Source: Centroscyllium fabricii
Lineage: Eukaryota
NCBI GenBank assembly: GCA_051313645.2
Contig: JBNRSN020000029.1
Location: 20,646,001-20,710,000 of the forward strand
Direction: 5' to 3'
DNA length: 64,000 nt
In this document: positions 24,700-35,456 of the stretch, piece by piece
Numbering within the stretch: position 1 is the stretch's first letter
Layout: the number at the start of each line of letters is the position of its first letter
Made by a program: the position numbers and the translations under genes
Notes under the pieces: generated by a model
The model's database searches: none
Told to the model about the DNA's origin: nothing
What the model saw: only the letters and a program-made list of their open reading frames with translations

Positions 24700-25025
24700 A
24701 ACATTTGAATGCTTGTAACCCCACCTCATTGTTCTTGGCTGGAATGTTTCCTGACTGACCTATTGGGACACCATTCACACCATTAATCGCTATGATTGTC
24801 TCTCTGCTGATGTGTGATAAAGCGCATGTGGAAAGATTACCTGTAATCATCTAGCATTGTTCTCTGACTATTAATGCTGTGCCTATATACATCTCTTCAC
24901 TTCACCTGACGAAGGAGCAGCACTCCGAAAGCTTGTGATTTCAAATAAAACTGTTAGACGATAACCTAGCGTTGTGTGACTTCTTACCTTGTCCAACCAA
25001 GCCCAACACCGGCACGTCCACATCA
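24700..25025 (+). mobile_element. Penelope-like element pseudo-LTR fragment
   Basis: Contains a minimal hammerhead followed by AATAAA (~24944), the layout of Penelope pseudo-LTRs; boundaries approximate. Confidence 0.7.
24902..24938 (+). ncRNA. Minimal type I hammerhead ribozyme (Penelope-type)
   Basis: Stem I TCAC/GTGA, core CTGACGA 24906-24912, stem II GGAG/CTCC, GAAA 24927-24930, palindromic AGCT helix III, CUU cleavage triplet. Confidence 0.8.
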
Positions 25026-25179
25026 TACCTATAGAAGCTTTTACAGTCAGCTTTTAGGTTCGCGGCAAGCTTGCTCTCAAAATCTATTGCACCCCTCTTA
25101 ATTAATCGTTTTGTGCTCCTTTGCTGAATTCTACACTGCTCCCAATCGTAAGATTTGCTGCTTTATCTGGCCAAATTAT

Positions 25180-26061
25180 GGGCCATGTCTTCCTGTGGCC
25201 CGATTTCTGCGGGTGCGCGCTGACGTGCACCCGCGGCGCACGTGCACATAAAAAAATCTGTCACGTGAAGTTCCAGTGCAAAAAGCCGGGTTTTTTTCGT
25301 TCGGAGCGGTCGTGTTTTTTTTGGTGCGGGGTGCACTGAGGTCGGCTTTACCCCCGCACAAAGCACAGAATCGGCCTGAGGATGAAGAAGATCGGGTAGG
25401 GAAGCACCTTTTTTTGGGGTTTTTTCAGTTTCTAGGAAGCTGGTTTTTTTAAGTTTCTGTTTTTTCTGCTGTTAGGGTTTTTTTTGCTCCAGAGAAAAAA
25501 ACACGTTAAAAGTTAAAAAAAATTGATTCCTTTGGAGATATTTGTCTGTGGTCTTTCAGCTTGTGAATGTGTAGGGTTTTATATTTTTTGGTGAAAGTGA
25601 AAAAAAACGGGGATTTGAACGCGATGTCAGCAGCTGTGATTCCCATCAGAGCTGCTGACATCGCGTTCAAATACCCGTTTTTTTTCACTTTCACCAAAAA
25701 ATATAAAACCCTACCCATTCACAAGCTGAAAGACCACAGACAAATATCTCCAAAGGAATCAATTTTTTAAAAACTTTAAACGTGTTTTTTTCACTTCTCA
25801 AAGCTGCCTGCAGCCTCTTAAGACTGCTTTTTATATGTGTAGCAAAAGAGACACTTCCCCACGTGATACACCTGCATTTTGAGCAGCTGCCAACAGGAAG
25901 TCTGCAGCTCAAAGTCTTCCTGGGTAGGAAGCTGAAGCCCCTTGCCCATCAGCACAGGAAGTTCACGTTTCTGGTAATCACCCGAGCTGCACCCCCACCA
26001 GGCATTTCTGATCCCCCTTCGCGGAGGTGCAGCTCTTCTGGAGCACAGGATAACAGGGCCC
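25180..26061. mobile_element. Harbinger-type MITE with internal long palindrome
   Basis: Imperfect TIRs GGGCCATGTCTTCCTGTG / CACAGGATAACAGGGCCC; 3-bp TSD TAT (25177-25179, 26062-26064); removing it restores CR1 sequence. Confidence 0.8.
25495..25790. repeat. Near-perfect palindrome, ~145-bp arms, loop TCCC (25641-25644)
   Basis: Arms are reverse complements; mirror ORFs 25506..25718(-) and 25567..25770(+) give near-identical peptides. Confidence 0.95.
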
Positions 26062-28147
26062 TATATGTCCTCTCCTTGGATAGTATGCTATCCTTAATTT
26101 CCATTGTTAACCACTGTTGAGTCACCTTTTTTGTTTTATTTTATGCCAAACAGGGATGAACAAATTCTGTACTTCATCAATGTGATCTTTTAATGTTTGC
26201 CATTGAGTGTCCACCATGAACCCTTTGAGTAACCTTCCCCAATCCATCCAAGCCACCTATTGCCTCATATTTTCGTAGTTTCCTTCATTTAAATTCAGGA
26301 ACTGGTCTCTGAGACAATTACTTCTCTCACCATTTTAATGAAGAAGTCTATCATATTATGATCGCTCCTCCCTAAGGGGCCTTGAACAACAAGTTTGCTA
26401 ATTAATCCTTTCGCAGTACATAATACCCAGTCTAAGATGGCCTGACCTCTAGTTGGTTCAGAGAAATATTGGTACTGGAAACCATCCATATACAGTCCAG
26501 GAATTCCTCCTCCACAGTATTGTTACTAATTTGGTTAGGCCAATCTTTATATAGATTAAAGTCACCATGATCACTGTTGTGTCTCTAATTTCCCAGTTAA
26601 TGCCACCCCAACCTCATGGATACTGTTTGGGGTCTGTATAAAACTCACACTAACGCTTTCTGCCCCTTGGTGTTTCTCAGCTCTGCCAATACAGATGCCA
26701 CATCATCAGAGCTAATTTCCTTCCTTGCTATTGTGTTAATCTCCTCTTTAATCAGCAATGCTACCCCACCTCCTTTTCCTTTTTTCCTGTCGTTCCTTAA
26801 TAATGAATAACCCTGCATGTTGAATTCCCTGTCTTGGTCACCCTGGAGCCATGTATCTGTAATCGCAATTATAACATATTCATTTACCTCTATTTGCACA
26901 GCTAATTCATCTACCTTAATACGAATGCTCCTTGCATTATGACACGAAGCATTCATGCTTCATTTTTTAACAAGCTTAGTACTTTTAGAATTGTTGTTTA
27001 CTGTGGCCTTTTTTTTATTTACTCCATTGATATATCTGACTTCCAACTGTGCTTTTTTCCTTCCTTTCTCTTGTTTGTTTCCTTGCTTCCATTTCCTCTG
27101 TCTGCTTGCACAGGTTCCCAAACCACTGCCATTTTAGTTTAAACCCTCCCAGCAAACACTCCCGCTAGTACATTGATTCCTGTCCCGCCCAGGTCCTAAC
27201 CCTCCAGTTTGTACTGGTCCAACATCCCCCAGAACCGAATCCAATGTCCCAGGAATTTGAATCTCTCCCCCATACACCAATATTCTTGCCACGTATTCAT
27301 CTGAAATATCGTTAGATTTCTATTCTGAATAGCACGTGGCATTGGTAGCAATCGTGAGATTTCCAGGTTTCAGGTTCTGTTCATTAATATACCTCTCAAC
27401 TCACTATGTTCAGCTTTTAGGACATATTCCCGTTTTTACCTTTATGTTTGGTACCTATATGCACCAAGACAACTGGCTGTTCAACCTCCAACTCCAGAAT
27501 TCCCCGCAGCTGCTGCGAGACATCCTTGAAACCAGCACCAGGGAGGCAACATACCAACCTGAAGTCTCGCTTGCTGCAGCAGAAACGCCTTTCTATTCCC
27601 GTTAAACGAGGATCCCCTGTCACTAAAGGTCTCCCCCTCTTTTTCCTCCCGTCCTGTGCAGTAGGACCACCTATGGTGCCAGGAAGTTGTCTGCTGCTGC
27701 CTTTCCTCGATAAGCCATCTCCCTCAACATTATCCAAAGTGTTTAAAAGGGGGAATACCACAGGGGACCCTTGCACTACCCGCCTGCGCCCCCATTCTCT
27801 TCCTGTCCGTGCAGCCTTTACCTGCGGTGTGAATAAGTCCGTAAACGTGCTACCACGATGTCCTCAGCATCGCAAATGCTCCAGTATGTATCCATTTACA
27901 GCCCCAGCACATTTTTAAGTAGTGTTCCGGGAAAGAATGACCTGGGAGTTAATGTGCATCGCCCCCGCTGAATGTGGCAGGATATATTGAGAAAGTGGTT
28001 AACAAAGCTTTTTTTTCATCAATAAAATTATTGAGAGCAAAAGTACAGAATTTATGCTGAAACTTTATAAAACCGAATGGCCTCCTTCTGTGCCGTTATG
28101 ACTCTATGACTCTGTGACCCCGTACAGAAATCACTGAATTTATTGAT

Positions 28148-29420
28148 GGAATATCAGGAGCAAATTCAGCTTGTGATCCTCCCCACCAGAATGTCCTAAC
28201 TGTATCTTGTACAGATGAATAAAACTAAACTATATACCATGGAGAAAAGTGCTGCAGTGGGCACGTACCTGCTAAACTGGGCAAATGAATAGTGGCTGGG
28301 ACCTGTGCTAACATGATCTGTGCAATGGAAGGAGGACCTCACAATTAGTGGGAAACTTAATAGAAAACCGCAGAAGAAAATCCTTAGATATTAAATGGGC
28401 CAGAAATTATGGTTGGCGTATTCCCGCGAGTGCAAGCCTCCAACACACACTTACAGACCGCAGATAACTTTCATCTTTTCTGGGACTTGAAATCCCGATT
28501 CCCGGCCGAGGTTCAAGCCCGACGCACCGCGCTGAGGTAACACAGTGTCGAAGATAGTGGGAAGCTGCGCGCGGGAACAACTGGTACACGGGGAGGCAAT
28601 CAGGGCAAAGAATGCTCCATTCATAAGTTTGACAGACCAGATCAGTCACACTTATGGAAAATAGATTCCCCAAAACAAACTAAACAGTAAAATATTTTTT
28701 TTAAATCACATTTCTTTTAATTTACTATAACAAAAATGAATTAGCTATTTCAAACAAAAGATAAACATTTTGAAAAAAATATTTTAAGTTTTTAACGGCC
28801 GTAGAAAACTACTTGCCTGTCTTTAAAGTTTTCAAAAATGTTAAATCGGTGAAAAAAGTACTTAAATTTTTAAAATAAGTGTTACCTGAAAAAATCGGCG
28901 CTTGCAAAAAAGAGCCGTAAATACTTCATGAATTATATGAAAAAAAATCGGAATTGCACTGCACACCTCCTGGTGCGCAGGCCAACGCGCTGAAGCCCCA
29001 ACCCACCCCAACCCCGGCCTTCACCAGAATTGCATGTTTCCCAAGCATGCGTGGGAAATGCCGTTCATCAGCTCTTCTGGGGGCCGCACGTGTGAGTACC
29101 CAGTCCATACTCGCACATTGCCGCCCTAGTTTCTTGGCCATTAATACATTTTAAATTATCGGCAGTGCACCTGTTATTTTCTGACAATCTGCCCGCGGTG
29201 TGTAAGATGTTGTCAAAGGCATGGTTCCTCAGACATTTCTGCTCATTATTTTCAAATCGATCTATCTATTATGTCTCTCTCTACCTGAATGTCTGCGAAT
29301 TTTCTGGCAGTTACCATCGCAACAACGTGTTGTTAGTCTGGCAACAAAAACTCGACTGATGAGTCACCCTCAATTGGTTTTAATCAGAAGCTTTAATTAA
29401 ATGACCGAATCTGATTAGCA
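28148..29420 (+). pseudogene. Foamy-like env relic F (leader and start of SU), split by MITE 28397-29140
   Basis: QEQIQLVILPTR (KEQIILDI..PTR), NWANE*WLGPVLT*SV (QWNKDIQVLGPVIDWNV), RRRKSL, SLPECL..QQRVVSLA (SIPQGV..KERVLGLS). Confidence 0.55.
28397..29140 (+). mobile_element. MITE copy (~745 bp)
   Basis: TIR GGGCCAGAAA..TTTCTTGGCC; similar along its length to the reverse complement of 29425-30175. Confidence 0.8.
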
Positions 29421-29424
29421 ATAT

Positions 29425-30175
29425 TGGCCCAGAAATGAGGGCTGCAATGCACAAGTACAGAGTGGGTACTCACGCGTGCAGCGCTCCGAATTGCTGTTGG
29501 ATGCCATTTCCTGCGCATGCGTAGGATACCTGCAATTCTAGTGAAGATCAGGGGGGATGGGGTCACCAGCTTCACTGCGTTGGCCTGCGCACCTGGAGGT
29601 GCACATTGCAATTCCATTTTTTTTTCCATGTCAGTACTGAAGCAATTACGGCTCCTCTTTCGAAGCACAAGGAGCCGATTTCTTCCTGTAAGTCACTAAT
29701 GCATTAAATTTAGAAAAAATAAAATCGCAGGTTTTTCATTTTATTTAATTTTAAAGACAGGTAAGTAGTTGTGTTGGCCAGTTAAAAACTTAAAATATGT
29801 TTTCAAAATTTGTGTTTTTTGTTTAAAATAGCTACTTTATCTTAATTATATTAATTAAAAAAATGTAATTAGTTTTAAAGTTAATTTGATGTTTACTGAC
29901 TTTAGGGGGCTCTTGTTTTTCATAAGTCTGACAGATGAAGTCTGTCAAACGTAAGAATGGAGCATTTTTTGCTACGATTGTCTCCCCGCGGACCACTTGT
30001 TCCCGCGCAGAGCTCCCCAATATCTGCACCCTTCAGTTGCCTCAGCACATCGGGCTTGCCACTCGGCCAGAAATCGCGATTTCAAATCTCTGAAGAGAAG
30101 AAACTTCTGTTCGCTCCGTAAGTGTGGCTTGGAGGCTTGCACTCGCGGGAAGCCTCCAGTCCGAATTTCTGGCAC
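29425..30175 (-). mobile_element. MITE copy (~750 bp), inverted relative to 28397-29140
   Basis: GGAGGCTTGCACTCGCGGGAA (~30131) mirrors TTCCCGCGAGTGCAAGCCTCC (~28421); related peptides in ORFs 28954+ and 29393-. Confidence 0.8.
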
Positions 30176-30214
30176 ATATGTTAAATCACATGCAATTAAT
30201 GCAATCTGGATCTT

Positions 30215-33200
30215 TTTTTTAAATTCATTGATGGGATGTGGGCGTCGCTGACTGGCTAGGCCTGCATTTAGTGCCCAACCCTAATTGCCCTTGACAAGAT
30301 GGTGGTGGACCACCTTCTAGAACCGCTGCAGTCCATATGGTGTATGTACACCCAAAATGTTGTTAGGAAGGGAGTTCCAGGATTTTGGCCCAGCGACAGT
30401 GAAGGAGCGGCGATAAAGGTCCAAGTCAGGATGGTGCGTGGCTTGGAGGGGAACTTGTAGGTGGTGCTGTTCCCATGCATCTGCTGTTTTGTCCTTCTAA
30501 GTGGTAGAGGTCGCGGGTTTGGAAGGTGCTGTTGCAGGAGCTTTGGCGAGTTGCTGCAGTGCATCTTGTAGATGGTACACACTGCAGCCACAGTGCGCCG
30601 CTGGTGAAGGGAGTTAATGCTGAAGGTGGTGGATGAAGTGCCAATCAAGCGGCCTGCTTTATCCTGAATAGTATCGAGCTACTTGAGTGTTGTTGGAGCT
30701 GCACTCATCCAGGCAAGTGGAGAGTATTCCATCACACTCCTGCCTTGTGCCTTGTAGATGGTGGAAAGGCTTTGGGGAGTCATGAGGTGAGATACAAGCA
30801 ACAGAATTCCCAGCCTCTGGCCTGCTCTTGTAGCCACAGTATTTATATGACTTGTCCAGTTCTGTTTCAGATCAATGGTAACACCCCAGGATGTTGATAG
30901 TGGGGGTTTCAGCGATGTTAATGCCATTGAATGTCAAGGGGAGATGGTTAGACTCTCGCTTGTTGGAGATGGTCATTGACTGGCACTTGTGTGGTGCGAA
31001 TGTTACTTGCCACTTGTCAGCCGAAGTCTGAATGTTGTCCAGGTCTTGCTGCATATGGACACGGACTGCGTCAGTATCTGACGAGTCTCGAATGGTGCTG
31101 AGCAATGTTCCTTCATCAGCGAACATCCGCACTCTGACCTTATAATGGAGGGAAGGTCATTGATGGAACAGCTGAAGATGGTTGGGCCTAGGACACTGCC
31201 CTGAGGAACTCCTGCAGTGATGTCCTGTAATTGAGATGAATGACCTCCAACGACCACAGCCAACGTCCTTTGTGCTAGGTATGATTCCAACCAATGGCGA
31301 GTTTTCCCCTTGATTCCCATTGACTTCACCTTTGCCAGGGCTCGTTGATGCCACACTCGATCAAATGCTGCCTTTATGTCAAGGGCAGTCTCTCTCACCT
31401 CACCTCTTGAGTTCAGCTCTTTTGTCCATGTTTGGACCAAGGCTGTGATGAGGTCAAGAGCTGAGTGGCCCTGGCGGAACCCAATCTGGGCGTCAGTTAG
31501 CAGGTTATTGCTTGATAAGTGCCACTTGATCGCACTGTCGACGACACCTTCCATCACTTTGCTGCTGATTCAGAGTAGACTGATGGGACGGTAACTGGCC
31601 GGAACGGATTTGTCCTGCTTTTTGTAGACAGGACATACTTGGGCAATATTCCACATTGCTGGGTAGATGCCAGTGTTGTAGCTGTACTGGAACATCTTGG
31701 CTAGGGGCGCAGCTAGTTCTGGAGCACAAGTCTTAAATACTATTTCCGGAATGTTGTCAGAGCCCATATCCTTTGCAGTATCCAGTGTCTTCAGCCGTTT
31801 CTTGACATCACGTGGAGTGAATTGAATGGTCTGAAGACTGGCATCTGTAATGCTGGGGACCTCAGGAGGAGGCCGAGATGGAACATCCACTTGGCATTTC
31901 TGGCTGAAGATAGTTGCTAATGCTTCAGCCTTGTGTTTTGCACTCACGTGCTGGTCTCCACCATCGTTGAGGATGGGGATATTTTTGGAGCTTTCTCCTC
32001 CTGTTAACTGTTTAATAGTCCACCACTACTCACGACTGGATGTGGAAGGACTGCAGAGCTTTGATTTGATCGATGGTTGTGAGATCGCTTAGCTCTGCCT
32101 ATCGCATGTTGCTTCTGTTGTTTGGCATGCAAGTAGTCCTGTGTTGTAGCCTCGCCAGGTTGACACCTCATTTTTCGTTATGCCTGGTGCTGTTCAAGGC
32201 ATGCTCTCCTGCACTCTTTGATAAACCAGGGTTGATCTACCGGCTTGATTGTAATGGCAGAGTGAGGGATATGCCGGGCCATGTGATCATAGATTGTGTT
32301 TGAATATAATGCTGCTGCTGCTGGTGGCCCACAGCATTTCATGGATGCCCAGTTTTGAGTTGCCAGGTCTGTTCGAAATCTGTCCCATTTAGCACGGTGT
32401 TAGTGCCTCACAACACGGTGCAGGGTATCGTCAACATGAGGCGGGACTTCATCTCCACAAGGACTGTGCGGTGCTCACTTCCACCAATGCTGTCATGGAC
32501 AGATGCATCTGCAACAGGTAGATTGGTGAGGACGAGATCAAGTAGGTTTTTCCCTCTTGTTGGTTCCCTCACCACCTGTCGCAGACACAGTCTGGCAGCT
32601 ATGTCCTTTAGGACTCGGCCAGCTTGGTCAGTTGTAGTGAAATCCAGCCACTCCTGGTGATGGACATTGTAGTCCCCAACCCAGAGTACATTTTGTGTCC
32701 TTGCTACTCTCAGTGCTTCTTCCAATTGATGTTCAACATGGAGGAGGACTGATTCATCAGCTGAGGGAGGGCGGTAGGTGATAATTAGTAGGAGGATTCC
32801 TTGCCCATGTTTGACTTGATGACATGAGACTTCATGGGGTCCTGAGTCAATGTTGAGGACTTCCAGGGCTACTCCCTCCCGACTGTATACCACAGTGCCA
32901 CCACCTCTGGTGGGTCTGTCCTGCCGGTGGGACAGGACATACCCAGGAATGGTGATGCTGGTGTCTGGGACATTGGCTGCAAGGTATGATTCTGTGAGTA
33001 TGACTATGTCAGGCTGTTGCTTGACTAGTCTGTGGGACAGCTCTCCCAATTTTGGCACAAGTCCCCAGATGTTTGTGAGGAGGACTTTGCAAGGTCAACA
33101 GGGCGGGTTTGCCGTTGATGTTGTCGTTTCCGGTGCAAACGTCGATGCCGGGAGTTCTATCCAGTTTTATTCTTATTGGTTTTCGTAGCGGTTGATTACA

Positions 33201-33520
33201 ACTGAGTGGCTTGCCAGGCCATTTCAGAGGGCATTAAGAGCCAACCACACTGCTGTGCGTCTGGAGTCACATGTAGGCCAGTCCAGGTAAGGACGTCAGA
33301 TTTCCTTCCCAAAGGGACATTGATGAACCAGATGGGTTTTTGCACAAATCGACAATGTTATCATCATCGCCATTACTAACACTAACATTTAATTCCAGAA
33401 TTAAATTGAATTGAATTTAAATTCCACCAGCTGCCATGGTGGGTTTTGAATCCATATCCTCAGAGCATTTGACTGAGCCTTTGGCTTACTAGTCTAGTGA
33501 TATAACCACTACGCCAGCGC
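30215..33520 (-). mobile_element. L2/CR1-clade LINE (APE + RT, degenerate) with tRNA-like/Deu-SINE-like 5' head
   Basis: APE ORF 32408..33058 (ILTESYL, YRPP, GDYN, LDLVLTN); RT 31570..31947 (YRPISLL), 31003..31557 ([21 protein letters not shown]), MFADE; A/B-box-like head at 33440-33520. Confidence 0.9.
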
Positions 33521-33839
33521 CTATATGGCTCCGACTACAACATGACCGTTTCTCCGCACAGGGGAACAACACAACCGGTCTCCAGGCTTGGAGAGACCAG
33601 TTCCAGCCACCGTGGCCGTCCAGGCAGCTACGTGGCTCCTGACCATGGCGGGAATTTTCTGATCCTGGGGGAGTGGAAACATGTTCCATTTGTAAATTCG
33701 AATCCAACCTAGGTATCAACTGATGGGGGTAGAGCTTTCCATACGGTATAGTTCCAATGAGAGGGCTGATCACGTGGGGGGGGGGTGTCAAAAGTGTATG
33801 AGTTTTAACGGGCCTGGGAATACAAAGGGCGTGCATTAT

Positions 33840-34715
33840 CACATGGGAGATTTTCTCTTGGGGTAGTTTCACAGGTTGGGAGTTTCACAGGAGAGTATTT
33901 CTCGGTGGGAGAGTCTCTCGGTGGTTAGAAGATCTGCGGAGGAATTTTAGATAACATTTCACAGGTCAGCGGTAGTTTCACAGGTGGAGACTCACAGGAT
34001 GTTTCACATGGCAGGGGGAGTTTGACAGGGGTATCCACATGTCAGGGGGAGTTTTCCAGGTCCTATTCACAGGGCAGGGGAGAATAACAGCGGATTTTCA
34101 CAGAGGACTTCGCATGGGAGGGGGAGTTTGACGGTGCTCGCAAAGGCCAGGGGGCGATTCACTGGGAAATTTCACAGGGCAGGGGGAATTTCACTTGGCA
34201 ACGGGAGATTCAAAGGAGGAGCACACAGGGGATTTTCATCGGGCATGGGGAGTTTCATAGGGGCATTTCCATGGGGTTTTAACTGGGCAGGGCTATTTCA
34301 CAGGGCGAGTTTCAGATGAGAATTTCGGAGGGCAGGGCAAGTTTCACAGGGGAAATCACGGGGGTTCAAAGGACAGGGGGTTATTCACATGTACATTTCA
34401 GAAGGCACGGGTAGATTCACAAAAAAAATTCACATGGGATTTCACAGGCAAAGGCTATTTCACATGAACAGATTCACAGGGGATGGTCACAGTGCAGGGG
34501 GATTTACACAGGGGGGGTTCTACATGGTTACGGGTGTTTCACAGAGCACGGGGAATTGCACGGGAGTTTCACAGGACAGTGGCGTTTCACAGCACAGGGG
34601 GAGTTTCACAGGGGTGTGTGGAAGGGGCGTCACACCTGATGGCTTTTCAGTGTGGAAGTTTTAGAGCAGTGTTCTATCGGGGCCGTTTCAGGGGGGAATT
34701 AACGGGGAAGTTTTG
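33840..34715. repeat. Degenerate G-rich satellite (core TTTCACAGGG)
   Basis: Dozens of TTCACAGG/TTCACATG cores separated by G-runs. Confidence 0.85.
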
Positions 34716-34869
34716 AATATTAATGTATACAAGGGATATGAGGATAGTGTAGGAAAGTGGAGATTAAACTGAAGATAATCCATGATCTTCTTCAATGGCG
34801 GAGCAGGCGCGACAGTCCAAATGGCTGACTCCTGCTCCTATTTCTTTAGTTCTTATGCACTTATATTTA

Positions 34870-35090
34870 TTACCCAATAAAAGATATTGAAATGACGTTC
34901 CTGATGAATTAAATTCAAAAAATATGTTTACAATGATTTCGTTCCAAAGCAAATTCATAAAATTATTAATTATACACAGTGGAATCCATTCAACAGATTG
35001 TAAACTAACTGGCCAGAACGGAAACATATGGTTTGGATCGACTGAATGATATACACCACAACTGATTTTACTTCCAATGCGGCATAAAGG
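34870..35090 (+). pseudogene. Possible mid-SU continuation of env relic F
   Basis: VPDELNSKNMF..LLIIHS..DCKLT loosely like LPKDW..NALF..VILLNT..DCNFT. Confidence 0.3.
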
Positions 35091-35456
35091 GGCGACCAAT
35101 CCGATATCATCCGTTCCCTACTGATTATGTTAAGTAAAATTTAATGGAGTTTATTTTTAACAAATATTAATTGGGAGCAGGTGATCGGCTGGTACAATCA
35201 TTCCCTGTGAACTTATTAATTTGATTTATCATTTCCACTATTGTGCAATAATGTGAGAATAACAAGCTATAATTACTGACACACTGGCTTTTCCAGAAGT
35301 AACTGCTGAGTTAACCATGGGCGTTAGTGCAAAATGGATAGTATGGAATTGACCTCCCATTATGCGTGCCAGCTAATTTAACTTTATGTACTTCAATATA
35401 ATGCGGTCGATTTTAATATCCTCCATTTACATTATCACCCAAAGCTGTGAAATAAT

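Larger units (their letters stand above)
25030..27910 (-). mobile_element. Degenerate CR1 (ORF1 esterase, APE), interrupted by MITE 25180-26061
   Basis: VTGDP..VCCLPG..VHIGT (27417..27776), NARSIR..ITDTWL (26645..26956), GRSDHNMI (26295..26489). Confidence 0.9.

Noticed and set aside
33440-33520. tRNA gene
   Set aside because: A/B boxes belong to a SINE-like head with no full cloverleaf or terminator; the same applies to 8428-8500
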